DNA of 64,000 bases, from the IMG/VR virus record IMGVR_UViG_2898799289_000011. One strand, given 5' to 3'. The stretch's first letter is position 1; each line of letters starts with the position of its first letter. Below the pieces are notes generated by a model. The model ran no database searches, was not told where the DNA came from, and saw only the letters and a program-made list of their open reading frames with translations. Both the position numbers and the translations under genes were made by a program. Below are positions 28,155-37,602 of the stretch, piece by piece. This stretch comes from an uncultured virus (IMG/VR IMGVR_UViG_2898799289_000011). Taxonomy: Duplodnaviria; Heunggongvirae; Uroviricota; Caudoviricetes.

Positions 28155-28781
28155 ATGGCGTTTCACGAGGTCCGGTTTCCGGACAACATCAGCCGCGGGG
28201 CGCGCGGTGGCCCCGAGCGGCGCACACAGATCGTCGAACTGGCCTCGGGCGCTGAGGAGCGCAACGCCAGCTGGGCCAACAGCCGCCGCCGCTACGACGT
28301 TGCCTACGGCATCCGCCGCGCTGACGATCTGGCGGCGGTCGTGGCGTTCTTCGAGGCGAGGAACGGCCGCCTTCACGGTTTCCGCTTCAAGGACTGGGCA
28401 GACTTCAAGTCCTGCCTGCCGTCGCAGCCGGTCGCGCCGGCCGACCAGTCTATCGGCACCGGCAATGGGTCGGCTACCCAGTTCCAACTGGCCAAGCGCT
28501 ACACCTCCGGCGCGCAGTCCTGGACCCGAACCATCACCAAACCCGTCGCCGGGACCGTTAGCATCGCCTTGAATGGGGTCCCCCAAGCCTCCGGCTGGTC
28601 GGTTTCCACCGCGACAGGCTTGGTGACCTTCACCACCGCTCCGGCCGCAGGCGTCGTCATCACCGCGGGTTTCGACTTCGACGTCCCCGTCCGCTTCGAC
28701 ACCGACGCCCTCGACGTCACCCTCGACCTCGAACGCCTCGGGTCGATCACCTCGATCCCGCTCCTGGAGATCCGCACATGA
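28155..28781 (+). CDS. Distal tail protein (DUF2460; RcGTA g12-like)
   Basis: MAFHEVRFP..GFRFKDWAD..FDVPVRFDTD; AAGGAG RBS. Confidence 0.9.
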   Translation: MAFHEVRFPDNISRGARGGPERRTQIVELASGAEERNASWANSRRRYDVAYGIRRADDLAAVVAFFEARNGRLHGFRFKDWADFKSCLPSQPVAPADQSIGTGNGSATQFQLAKRYTSGAQSWTRTITKPVAGTVSIALNGVPQASGWSVSTATGLVTFTTAPAAGVVITAGFDFDVPVRFDTDALDVTLDLERLGSITSIPLLEIRT

Positions 28782-29128
28782 ACGACGAGACCGGGTTTCT
28801 GGCGGCGGTGCTGCGCGAGCTTGCAGCCTCGACGGCGGTGATCCTCGCCGCCTGGGGCGCGCTTGGCGGGGCCACCAATGCGCTGACCACCCGGATGCGG
28901 CTGCGCGACGCGCTCCGGCACATCCTGCTCGGAGGCCTGATCGCGGCAGGAATGGGAAGCCTCTCGATGGCGCTCGTCACCGCATGGCTCGCCCTGCCGC
29001 CGCAGGCGATCCCCGCGGGTGGCGCTGCAGGCTCGGCCGCCTATCTCGTGGGCGTCTTCGGCCCCGCCTTCATCGAACTCGTCCTCGCCCGGCTGCGCGG
29101 CGCGCAGGGAGGGGCGGACGATGAATGA
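28778..29128 (+). CDS. Multi-TM membrane protein, putative holin
   Basis: Three hydrophobic segments; upstream of endolysin. Confidence 0.6.
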   Translation: MNDETGFLAAVLRELAASTAVILAAWGALGGATNALTTRMRLRDALRHILLGGLIAAGMGSLSMALVTAWLALPPQAIPAGGAAGSAAYLVGVFGPAFIELVLARLRGAQGGADDE

Positions 29129-29252
29129 CCTTCTCCGCATCGCGCGCGCCCTTCGTTGCGACCCGGGCGATCCCGGTCAGGCCTTCCGCCACCGCCTGGG
29201 CGTAGGCATCGCCGTCGCCGCCCTGATCCTCCTCCTCTCCCTCCTCAGGTAA
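29121..29252 (+). CDS. Small membrane peptide
   Basis: GGAGG RBS; C-terminal TM GIAVAALILLLSLL. Confidence 0.55.
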   Translation: MNDLLRIARALRCDPGDPGQAFRHRLGVGIAVAALILLLSLLR

Positions 29253-29256
29253 TCCC

Positions 29257-29916
29257 ATGCACATGACCGATCGGGGCCTCCTGGCCCTCGTCCGGCACGA
29301 AGGAGTCGTGCCCGGACCCTATCTCGACGTGAAGACCGTCTGGACCTTCGGCATCGGCCATACAGCCGCCGCGGGGCCGCCCGATCCGGCGAAGATGCCC
29401 CGCGGGATTTCCGCCGACCTCGACGCCGGGATCCGCGAGGCCTTCAGGGTCTTCCGCGCAGACCTTGCCGCCTACGAGGCCGAGGTGCGACGGGCCGTGA
29501 AGGTGCCGCTGGAACCACATGAGTTCGATGCGCTGGTCTCCTTCCACTACAACACTGGCGCGATCTCCAGAGCCACGCTGACGAAAGCGCTCAACGTCGG
29601 CAATCGCGTTGCAGCCGCCGACGCGTTTCTGAACTGGCGGCGACCGGCGGTGATCATCCCGCGCCGCGAGGCCGAGCGCGACCTGTTCCGCCACGGCCGC
29701 TATCCCGGCGGGACTATCCCGGTCTGGGCCGTGGACCGCGGGGGTCGCGTCGATTTCTCTCGGCCCGTTCGCCGCCTGACCGAGGCGGAAGCGCTCGCGC
29801 TCCTGCGCCTGCCGTTCGTGCCGCAGCCGTCTGTCCCGCAGCCTGCGTCCGACGCGCCTGCCGGTTGGCTCGCCCGGCTGGTCGGTCTTTTCACCACACT
29901 GATCCGGAGGGTCTGA
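29257..29916 (+). CDS. Endolysin, GH24 lysozyme
   Basis: E-x8-D-x5-T (HEGVVPGPYLDVKTVWT), FDALVSFHYNTG, RREAE. Confidence 0.9.
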   Translation: MHMTDRGLLALVRHEGVVPGPYLDVKTVWTFGIGHTAAAGPPDPAKMPRGISADLDAGIREAFRVFRADLAAYEAEVRRAVKVPLEPHEFDALVSFHYNTGAISRATLTKALNVGNRVAAADAFLNWRRPAVIIPRREAERDLFRHGRYPGGTIPVWAVDRGGRVDFSRPVRRLTEAEALALLRLPFVPQPSVPQPASDAPAGWLARLVGLFTTLIRRV

Positions 29917-29920
29917 TCCC

Positions 29921-30151
29921 ATGCGCTACATCCGTCCGACCTCGCTCACCTGGTGGGCGGGGCTGCTCGCCTTCGCGACCGGCGCCGCCTCCCTCGCGCT
30001 GCCCGCCACCGGTCCGCTCGCCGATCTTGCCCGGCTGATCACACTCCTGTCTGGTTCAGGCGACGCATCGCCTGCTGCGCTGATCGCTCTCGGCCTCGGC
30101 CTCATCGGCCTGCGCGACCGCATCGAACGCGGGTTCCGCGGCGATGATTGA
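29921..30151 (+). CDS. Two-TM membrane protein (holin-like)
   Basis: Two hydrophobic helices; after endolysin. Confidence 0.6.
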   Translation: MRYIRPTSLTWWAGLLAFATGAASLALPATGPLADLARLITLLSGSGDASPAALIALGLGLIGLRDRIERGFRGDD

Positions 30152-30239
30152 GTTCCTCGCGGGCATGGTCGTGGGCGGTGCCATCGGCATGTTTGTCGTC
30201 GTCCTTTGTGTGGCTGCAGCGCGGGGAGACCGGCCATGA
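30144..30239 (+). CDS. 31-aa single-TM peptide (not in ORF track)
   Basis: MIEFLAGMVVGGAIGMFVVVLCVAAARGDRP; its stop overlaps the next ATG. Confidence 0.5.
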   Translation: MIEFLAGMVVGGAIGMFVVVLCVAAARGDRP

Positions 30240-31120
30240 AGTCCCTCCCGCCCGCGCTGCAGGCGCATCTCGACGAGGGCACGACGACGCTCGCCTGGTG
30301 CTGGCGCATCACCCGGACAGATGGGGTGAGCTTCGGCTTCACGGACCACGACCGGACACTGTCGTTCGACGGCACCGAGTTCGAACCGGAAAGCGGGCTG
30401 ACGGCGTCCGAGGTCCGATCCGGCTCTGACCTTTCCGTCGACGCGCAGGATGCGCAAGGCGTGCTCTCTTCTGACCGGATCACCGAGACCGACATTCTCG
30501 ACGGCCGGTGGGACAATGCAGCAGTCGAGGTCTGGCGGGTGAACTGGGCCAGCCCGGCGCAGCGCGTGCTTCTGCGGCGCGGGGCCATCGGCCAGATCCG
30601 GCGCGGGCGGCTGGCCTTCGTGGCGGAGGTGCGGTCGCTGGCGCACGTCCTTGGCCAGACGGTTGGGCGGACGTTTCAGGCGAGTTGCGACGCCACGTTG
30701 GGCGATCAGCGCTGCGGCGTAAACCTCGAGGCCGCGGCCTTCAAGGGGACCGGCGCCGTGATCGATGTGCTGCGCGACCAGGCCTTCACGGCTTCCGGCC
30801 TCGGTGCCTTCGCAACGGGCTGGTTCGCGTTTGGCCTTGTCGAATGGTCGACCGGCGCCAATGCCGGGCGGCGGGTCGAGGTGCTGTCGCATGACCTCGT
30901 CGACGGGATGGCAATCCTGACCCTGCTGGAAGCACCGGTGCGCCCGATCATGGCGACAGACGCATTCATCGTCCGCGCCGGTTGCGACAAGCGGATCGCG
31001 ACCTGCGGGTCGAAGTTCGCCAATGTCGCGAACTTCCGGGGCTTCCCGCACATCCCGGGCCAGGACGCGGTCCTGCGCTACGCCACCAAGGACGGCGGCC
31101 ATGACGGAGCTGTGCTGTGA
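30236..31120 (+). CDS. Baseplate hub protein (DUF2163; RcGTA g13-like)
   Basis: GFTDHD, CDATLGDQRC, GCDK..C..NFRGFPHIPG. Confidence 0.9.
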   Translation: MKSLPPALQAHLDEGTTTLAWCWRITRTDGVSFGFTDHDRTLSFDGTEFEPESGLTASEVRSGSDLSVDAQDAQGVLSSDRITETDILDGRWDNAAVEVWRVNWASPAQRVLLRRGAIGQIRRGRLAFVAEVRSLAHVLGQTVGRTFQASCDATLGDQRCGVNLEAAAFKGTGAVIDVLRDQAFTASGLGAFATGWFAFGLVEWSTGANAGRRVEVLSHDLVDGMAILTLLEAPVRPIMATDAFIVRAGCDKRIATCGSKFANVANFRGFPHIPGQDAVLRYATKDGGHDGAVL

Positions 31121-31551
31121 CAGCCGCCGATCCTGCCCGCGTCATCTCCGCTGCTCGGTCCTGGCTCGGCACACCCTATCACGATCAGGCCAGCCTGCGC
31201 GGAGTCGGCTGCGATTGCCTCGGCCTCGCGCGCGGGGTCTGGCGCGAGGTCGTCGGGCCGGAGCCGTTCCCGATCCCGCCCTATAGCCGGGATTGGGGCG
31301 AGACCGGGCCGCGCGAGGTGCTGGCGGACGGGGCGCGGCGGATGATGCCGGAGATCGCACCCGCAGATGCGCCGCCCGGCGCGCTGGTCCTGTTCCGTAT
31401 GGTGCCGCGCGCCATCGCCAAGCATGTCGGTATCCTGACCGTCCCCGACACCTTCCTGCACGCCTATGAACGCCTCGGCGTGATCGAGGAACCGCTGACA
31501 CCCGCATGGCGGCGGCGCATCGCCTTCGCCTTCCTCTTCCCTGCACGTTGA
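31117..31551 (+). CDS. NlpC/P60 tail peptidase (RcGTA g14-like)
   Basis: WLGTPYHDQ..GCDCLGL..KHVGI..HAY. Confidence 0.9.
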   Translation: MTAADPARVISAARSWLGTPYHDQASLRGVGCDCLGLARGVWREVVGPEPFPIPPYSRDWGETGPREVLADGARRMMPEIAPADAPPGALVLFRMVPRAIAKHVGILTVPDTFLHAYERLGVIEEPLTPAWRRRIAFAFLFPAR

Positions 31552-31560
31552 GATTTTCAA

Positions 31561-34500
31561 ATGGCCACGCTCGTCCTCGGCGCTGTCGGGTCCGCCATCG
31601 GCGGGGCCTTTGGCGGCGCGATCCTCGGGTTCTCTGGCGCCGCCATCGGTGGCTTCATCGGCTCGACCATCGGCTCGGTGGTCGACAGCTGGATCGTGTC
31701 CTCGCTGGCCCCGGCGCAGAAGATCGAGGGCCAACGCCTCGACAGTCTGCGGATCACATCCGCGACCGAAGGGGCCGTGATTCCGCGCCTCTACGGCCGC
31801 ATGCGCATCGGCGGCAACATCGTCTGGGCCACCGATTTCCGCGAGGAGACGAAGACCACGACGCAAGGCGGTGGCAAGGGCGGCGGGGGCGGCAAGGTCC
31901 GGACCACCGAGTATCTGTACTATGCATCCTTCGCGGTCGCCCTCTGCGAAGGCCCGATCACCGGTATCGGCCGCGTCTGGGCCGACGGCAAGCCGCTCGA
32001 CATGACCGGCATCACCTGGCGCTGGTATCCGGGGAACGAAACCCAGACCGCCGACCCGTTCATCGCTGCGAAGATGGGGGCGGCCAGCACCCCGGCCTAT
32101 CGCGGCACGGCCTATGTCGTCTTTGAAGAACTGGCGCTTTCCACCTACGGCAACCGCCTGCCGCAGCTCAGTTTCGAGGTATTCCGGCCTCTGGCTGATC
32201 CGGACACCGCCGAGGGGCTGGTGAAGGCGGTGACCATGATCCCGGCCTCGGGCGAGTTCACCTACGCGACCGCCCCGGTCAAGAAATCCACCGGCGCTGG
32301 CGGCGCGACCGTGGCCGAGAACCTGAACGCAATCGCCGACACCGCTGACATTGTCGTGGCCCTCGATCGGCTGCAGGCGATGGCCCCGGCAGTGGAAAGC
32401 GTCAGCCTCGTCGTGGCCTGGTTTGGCGATGATCTGCGCGCCGGAAACTGCAAGGTGCGGCCGGGCGTCGAGGTTGCGGCAAAGACCACGACACCGTCGG
32501 CATGGGTCGTGAATGGCGTCAACCGTGCAGACGCGTTTCTGGTCAGCCGAGATGCCGAGGATCGTCCGGTCTACGGCGGCACCCCTTCGGACTTCGCGGT
32601 GGTGCAGGCCATCCAGGAGATGAAGGCGCGCGGCTTGCGGGTCACCTTCTATCCGTTCCTGCTGCTTGACGTGCCGCCCGGCAACACCAAGCCCAATCCT
32701 TACAGCGCCAATGCCGCTGCCTTGGGCCAGCCGACATTCCCCTGGCGGGGGCGGATCACCTGTTCCCCGGCTGCGGGTTTTGCAGGGTCGGTGGACAAGA
32801 CCGCCGCAGCCGCCACGCAGGTGTCGGCACTGTTCGGCACAGCGGCGCCCGCGAACTTCAGCGTGTCAGGCACCAATGTCAGCTGGACCGGGCCGGTCGG
32901 GGAATGGTCGCTGCGCCGGATGATCCTGCACTACGCGCATCTGTGCAAAGCGGCCGGGGGCGTCGATGCCTTCCTGATCGGCTCCGAAATGCCCGGCCTC
33001 ACCACAATCCGGTCGGGTGCCAGCAGCTATCCCGCCGTCACCGCCTTCAAATCCCTCGCGGCAGATGTGCGCGCGATCCTCGGCGCGGGTTCCAGGATCG
33101 GCTATGCCGCCGACTGGTCGGAATACTTCGGCCACCACCCTGCAGATGGCAGCGGCGATGTGTTCTTCCACCTCGATCCGCTCTGGTCGGATGCCAACAT
33201 CGACTTCATCGGCATCGACAACTACATGCCGCTGTCGGACTGGCGCGACGGCTTCGACCATGCTGATGCCCTCGAGGACTGGTCCGCGATCCATGATCGC
33301 GGCTATCTGCAGGCCAACATCGCGGGCGGCGAGGGTTTCGACTGGGTCTACGCCTCGGCCGCGGATCGGTCGGCGCAGATCCGCACTCCGATCACCGATG
33401 GCGGCGCTGGCAAACCGTGGGTCTTCCGCTACAAGGATCTGCGCGCCTGGTGGTCGAACCCGCATTTCAACCGGCCGGGCGGGGTCGAGAGCGGCACGCC
33501 GACCGCATGGGTGCCGCAGTCGAAACCGGTCTGGTTCACGGAACTGGGCTGTCCCGCCATCGACCGAGGCACGAACCAACCGAACGTCTTCTTCGACCCG
33601 AAGTCGTCCGAGAGCTTCACTCCGTACTTCTCGCGCGGCTGGCGTGATGATGCGATCCAGCGCTCCTATCTCGAGGCCAGCAATCTCTGGTGGGGTCAGA
33701 GCACGAACAACCCGGCGTCGTCCATCTACGGCGGCCGGATGGTCCAGGTTCCGGAATGCGCCGCCTGGACCTGGGATGCGCGGCCCTATCCGTTCTTCCC
33801 CGAACTGACCGGGGTCTGGGCCGACGGCCCGAACTGGCGGCTTGGCCACTGGCTGACCGGACGGCTGGGCGCGGTGTCATTGGCCGCGCTCGTGCGGCAC
33901 CTCTGCCTGCGCGCTGGGCTTGCGGAGAACCTGATCGACGTTTCCGGCCTCTGGGGCGCGGTCGAAGGCTATGTGATCGGTTCGCTGGAAAGCCCGCGCG
34001 CGTCGATCTCCACGCTGGCCCGGCATTTCGGATTCGATGCCATCGAGACCGAGGGCGTGATCCGTTTCGTCATGCGCGGCCGCGCCTCGGTCGCCACGCT
34101 GGCCATCGACGATCTCGTCGCCAGTCGGGAAGGCGAGGCGTTCGAACTGACGCGCGGCCAGGAGACCGAACTGCCCCAGGCCCTGAAGTGGCAGGTCGCG
34201 CGGGCGGACGAGGATTATGATGCCGCTCTCGTCGAAGCCCGACGCATCACCGTCGACACGACGCGCATCGCCTCCGAAGCCTTCCCCATGGCGATCCCGC
34301 CCGAGGAGGCCGAGCGCCGCTGCCGCCGTGCGCTGATGGAAGCCTGGATCGGACGCGAGAGCGCCACCTTCCGCCTGCCGCCCTCGCGTCTGGCCCTCGA
34401 TCCGGCCGACGTCATACAGCTGGGCCATGATGGCCGCGAGGTGGAATACCGGCTCGTCTCGGTCGCCGATGCCGAAGCGCGCGGGATCGAGGCGGTGCGT

Positions 34501-35532
34501 CAGGACCGCGCGGCCTATGACCTGCCGCCCGGGGAGCCCCGGCCCGCGAGCCTTGCAAGCCCCGTCGTCTTTGGGACGCCGGAAGTGGTGATGCTCGACC
34601 TCCCGCAGATCACCGAAGACCAGCCCGCGCATCGCCCCCTGATCGCCGCCCATGCCAGCCCTTGGCCGGGTGAGATCGCGGTGTTCCGCAGCGCCTCGAC
34701 CGATGGCTTCAACCTCCTGACTACCTTTGGCAGTCGCGCGCGGATTGGCACACTGGCCTTCGATTTCTTTCCGGGGCCGACCTGGCGCTTCGATCAAGGC
34801 AATGCGCTGGTGGTCGATCTTCTGACGGGGACGCTGGAGAGCGTGAGCGATGTCGCCCTATTCGGCGGGGCCAATGCGCTTGCGGTCGAGAGTGCCGCTG
34901 GCCAGTGGGAGATCGTGCAGGCGGGCGCGGCCGAACTGATCGCCCCTGGCCGTTACCGGCTGACCCGGCTCCTGCGCGGCCAGCGCGGAACGGAGAATGC
35001 GATGGGCAACCCGGCCCAGGCCGGAGCGCGGGTCGTGGTGCTGGACGCGGCACTCACCTCTTTGCCCATCGCCGAGGCCGATCTCGGACTGCCGTGGAAC
35101 TGGCGGGTTGGCCCGGCCGCGCGTTCTGTCACGGATGACAGCTACGTCGCGCTGGGCTTCACCCCGACCGGGCGCGGCCTTGTCCCATTCGCGCCGGTCC
35201 ACGTCGAACAGCCTTGGCGGATCGCGCGAGCCCCAGGCGATCTGACGATCCGCTGGACCCGGCGGTCCCGCGCGCTGGTCGCTGATGCCTGGGAACAGGT
35301 CGAGGTGCCGCTGGCCGAGGACATCGAATCCTACGACGTCCAGATCCTCGACGGGACAACCGTCAAGCGGACGCTGACCTGCACTACGACCTCCGTTCTC
35401 TACGCCGCCACCCAGCAGAGCGCCGATTGGGGTGCACCGCTCGGGCCCGGCCAGACGTTGGCGATCCGCATCTACCAGCTGTCGAACCGCCTCGGCCGCG
35501 GCACGCCTGCCGCGGTCACGATGCAATTCTGA
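31561..35532 (+). CDS. Baseplate multidomain 'megatron' protein (RcGTA g15-like)
   Basis: YGNRLPQ, GGTPSD, IGSEM, YAADWSEY, WTWDARP, NWRLGHW. Confidence 0.92.
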   Translation: MATLVLGAVGSAIGGAFGGAILGFSGAAIGGFIGSTIGSVVDSWIVSSLAPAQKIEGQRLDSLRITSATEGAVIPRLYGRMRIGGNIVWATDFREETKTTTQGGGKGGGGGKVRTTEYLYYASFAVALCEGPITGIGRVWADGKPLDMTGITWRWYPGNETQTADPFIAAKMGAASTPAYRGTAYVVFEELALSTYGNRLPQLSFEVFRPLADPDTAEGLVKAVTMIPASGEFTYATAPVKKSTGAGGATVAENLNAIADTADIVVALDRLQAMAPAVESVSLVVAWFGDDLRAGNCKVRPGVEVAAKTTTPSAWVVNGVNRADAFLVSRDAEDRPVYGGTPSDFAVVQAIQEMKARGLRVTFYPFLLLDVPPGNTKPNPYSANAAALGQPTFPWRGRITCSPAAGFAGSVDKTAAAATQVSALFGTAAPANFSVSGTNVSWTGPVGEWSLRRMILHYAHLCKAAGGVDAFLIGSEMPGLTTIRSGASSYPAVTAFKSLAADVRAILGAGSRIGYAADWSEYFGHHPADGSGDVFFHLDPLWSDANIDFIGIDNYMPLSDWRDGFDHADALEDWSAIHDRGYLQANIAGGEGFDWVYASAADRSAQIRTPITDGGAGKPWVFRYKDLRAWWSNPHFNRPGGVESGTPTAWVPQSKPVWFTELGCPAIDRGTNQPNVFFDPKSSESFTPYFSRGWRDDAIQRSYLEASNLWWGQSTNNPASSIYGGRMVQVPECAAWTWDARPYPFFPELTGVWADGPNWRLGHWLTGRLGAVSLAALVRHLCLRAGLAENLIDVSGLWGAVEGYVIGSLESPRASISTLARHFGFDAIETEGVIRFVMRGRASVATLAIDDLVASREGEAFELTRGQETELPQALKWQVARADEDYDAALVEARRITVDTTRIASEAFPMAIPPEEAERRCRRALMEAWIGRESATFRLPPSRLALDPADVIQLGHDGREVEYRLVSVADAEARGIEAVRQDRAAYDLPPGEPRPASLASPVVFGTPEVVMLDLPQITEDQPAHRPLIAAHASPWPGEIAVFRSASTDGFNLLTTFGSRARIGTLAFDFFPGPTWRFDQGNALVVDLLTGTLESVSDVALFGGANALAVESAAGQWEIVQAGAAELIAPGRYRLTRLLRGQRGTENAMGNPAQAGARVVVLDAALTSLPIAEADLGLPWNWRVGPAARSVTDDSYVALGFTPTGRGLVPFAPVHVEQPWRIARAPGDLTIRWTRRSRALVADAWEQVEVPLAEDIESYDVQILDGTTVKRTLTCTTTSVLYAATQQSADWGAPLGPGQTLAIRIYQLSNRLGRGTPAAVTMQF

Positions 35533-35553
35533 TCCCAACCCACGGGAACCCCC

Positions 35554-37476
35554 ATGTCCGACACCACGACCCATCTGGGCCTGCCCTATCTTCTGGCGGC
35601 GCAAGCGCAGAAGCATGTCACCCACAACGAGGCGCTGCGGCTGCTCGATGCCATGGTGCAGCTTTCCGTTCTGGACCGCACGCGCACTGCGCCCCCGGCC
35701 AGCCCGGCCGACGGCAACCGGCACCTCGTGGCCTCCAGCGCAACGGGCCTCTGGGCCGGGTGGGATCTGAACATCGCCTTCTGGATCGACGGCGCATGGG
35801 TCAGGCTGGTTCCGCGCACCGGCTGGTTGGTGTGGGTCGCAGTCGAGGGCCTGTTTCTCGTCTGGACCGGTGCGGCCTGGGAGGTCATGGGCGAGCCGCG
35901 CGATGTGTCGGACGCGGTGTTCAGCCTAGTGAACGATGCGGACCCGACGAAGAAGGCCACTTTCTCGCTGGCGGGGATCAGCGCGGGCACCACGCGGAGT
36001 TTCACCCTGCCCAACACCTCCTCGGAATTGGCGATCCTCGCAGGCACGCAGACCTTCTCCGGCAACAAGACGTTTTCGGGGACGCTGACGGCATCGGGCA
36101 CCGTGACGGTCTCGGCGGCCACGGCGACCATCGGCACCTCCACCGGCACTGCGACCTACGGGATGGGCACCGGGGCCACGACCACGGGCGTCACCAAAAC
36201 CGTGAACCTCGGCACCGGAGGTGCGTCCGGGTCCACAACGGTCGTCAACATCGGATCGGCCACCGCCGGGGCGGGTGGGACGACGGTGATCAACACGCCC
36301 AACGTCACTTTCGCCAATGCCGTGACGCAGGTCGGCATGCCGCAGGCGAACCTGACCGCGCAGCTTCTGGGCCTCGGCGGGGCGACGGCGGACAGCTACA
36401 ACCGGCTGTCGGTCAACACGCCTGCGGTCCTCCTGAACAACGCAGGCACTGGCATCGAGGCGACGGTCAACAAGTCAGCTGCGGGGAACGACGCGGCATT
36501 CGCCTTCAAGACCGGGTTTTCGGCGCGTGCCCTGATCGGCCTTCTCGGCAGCGATGACTTCAGCTTCAAGGTCAGCCCGGACGGATCGGCCTTCTTCGAT
36601 GCCATCAGGATCGACCGCACCAGCGGCCAGGTGGAACTGCCGCAGCCTACGGTCCTGCCGGGACTGGCCGCGGCGCCATCCCCGCCGCCCGCAGGCAAGG
36701 CCTCGTTCTATGCCCGCAACCGCGCCGGGGCGCCGTGGATCGATGTGATGCGCCCCTCGGGGCGGGACTTTCCGCTGCAGCCGCACTTCGGGGTGAACCG
36801 GATCGCCAACTGGGCGCCTTCGACCGGCACGACGATCACCAGTGAAGGTCTGCCCGTCACCTCGGTCGGCACCGTCTCGCACCCGACGCTCGCCGCCACG
36901 AACCTTGCCGCCTCGATGCGCCGCTGGCGATTGACCTCGGCAGCCGTGGCGGACTCTGTCGCCGATCAGCGATCCGCAGGCTGGGCCTGCTGGCGCGGCA
37001 ATGCGGCGGGCCTCGGCGGCTGGACTTTCGTCACGCGGATTTCGCTGACGACGCTGCAGGCAACAGGGATGGGGTTCTTCGGGCTTTACGGCTCTACCGC
37101 CGCGCTTGCCACCACCCTGACGCTGGCCGCCGCGGTGAACTGCATCGGCATCGGTTTCCAGCGCGGAACCCATGCAAACTGGCAGCTGGTCCGCAACGAC
37201 GGCACCGGTGCGCCGACCCTGACCGACATGGGCGCGTCCTTCGCCATCGCCACGGGTGGCGTGCTGACGCTCTTCATCGCCGCGCCGCCGAATGGCAGTT
37301 CCGTCTGGGTGCGCGTCTTGGACGAGGTTTCCGGCGCGGTGTTCGAGCAGGAGATCACCGCCGACCTGCCCGCCGCCACACAGTTCCTGTCGCCGCGGCT
37401 CTTCCTCAACACCGGCGCGACCTCCGCCGCCGTCGCCTACGACTGCGCCGGGGTTTATCTGGAAACGGATTTTTGA
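35554..37476 (+). CDS. Tail fibre / receptor-binding protein (DUF2793 N-terminus)
   Basis: LPYLLAAQAQKHVTHNEALRLLD; Thr/Gly-rich shaft; FSFKVSPDG. Confidence 0.85.
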   Translation: MSDTTTHLGLPYLLAAQAQKHVTHNEALRLLDAMVQLSVLDRTRTAPPASPADGNRHLVASSATGLWAGWDLNIAFWIDGAWVRLVPRTGWLVWVAVEGLFLVWTGAAWEVMGEPRDVSDAVFSLVNDADPTKKATFSLAGISAGTTRSFTLPNTSSELAILAGTQTFSGNKTFSGTLTASGTVTVSAATATIGTSTGTATYGMGTGATTTGVTKTVNLGTGGASGSTTVVNIGSATAGAGGTTVINTPNVTFANAVTQVGMPQANLTAQLLGLGGATADSYNRLSVNTPAVLLNNAGTGIEATVNKSAAGNDAAFAFKTGFSARALIGLLGSDDFSFKVSPDGSAFFDAIRIDRTSGQVELPQPTVLPGLAAAPSPPPAGKASFYARNRAGAPWIDVMRPSGRDFPLQPHFGVNRIANWAPSTGTTITSEGLPVTSVGTVSHPTLAATNLAASMRRWRLTSAAVADSVADQRSAGWACWRGNAAGLGGWTFVTRISLTTLQATGMGFFGLYGSTAALATTLTLAAAVNCIGIGFQRGTHANWQLVRNDGTGAPTLTDMGASFAIATGGVLTLFIAAPPNGSSVWVRVLDEVSGAVFEQEITADLPAATQFLSPRLFLNTGATSAAVAYDCAGVYLETDF

Positions 37477-37602
37477 GCGGAGTAGCTGAGGATGACGATT
37501 TCATCCCACCGTTTCCGCGCCGATCACGAGCGGGGTGTGGCTTCCAAATGGATATCGTTGGGGCGCGGCGGCATTGGTTCCAACAGAGCCATCTAATCTG
37601 GG

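Noticed and set aside
28155..35532. Bona fide gene transfer agent cluster
   Set aside because: The tail tip is GTA-like, but the head is lambda-type and replication, integrase and att are present
35554..37602. Diversity-generating retroelement or invertible tail-fibre cassette
   Set aside because: No reverse transcriptase, template repeat or invertase seen
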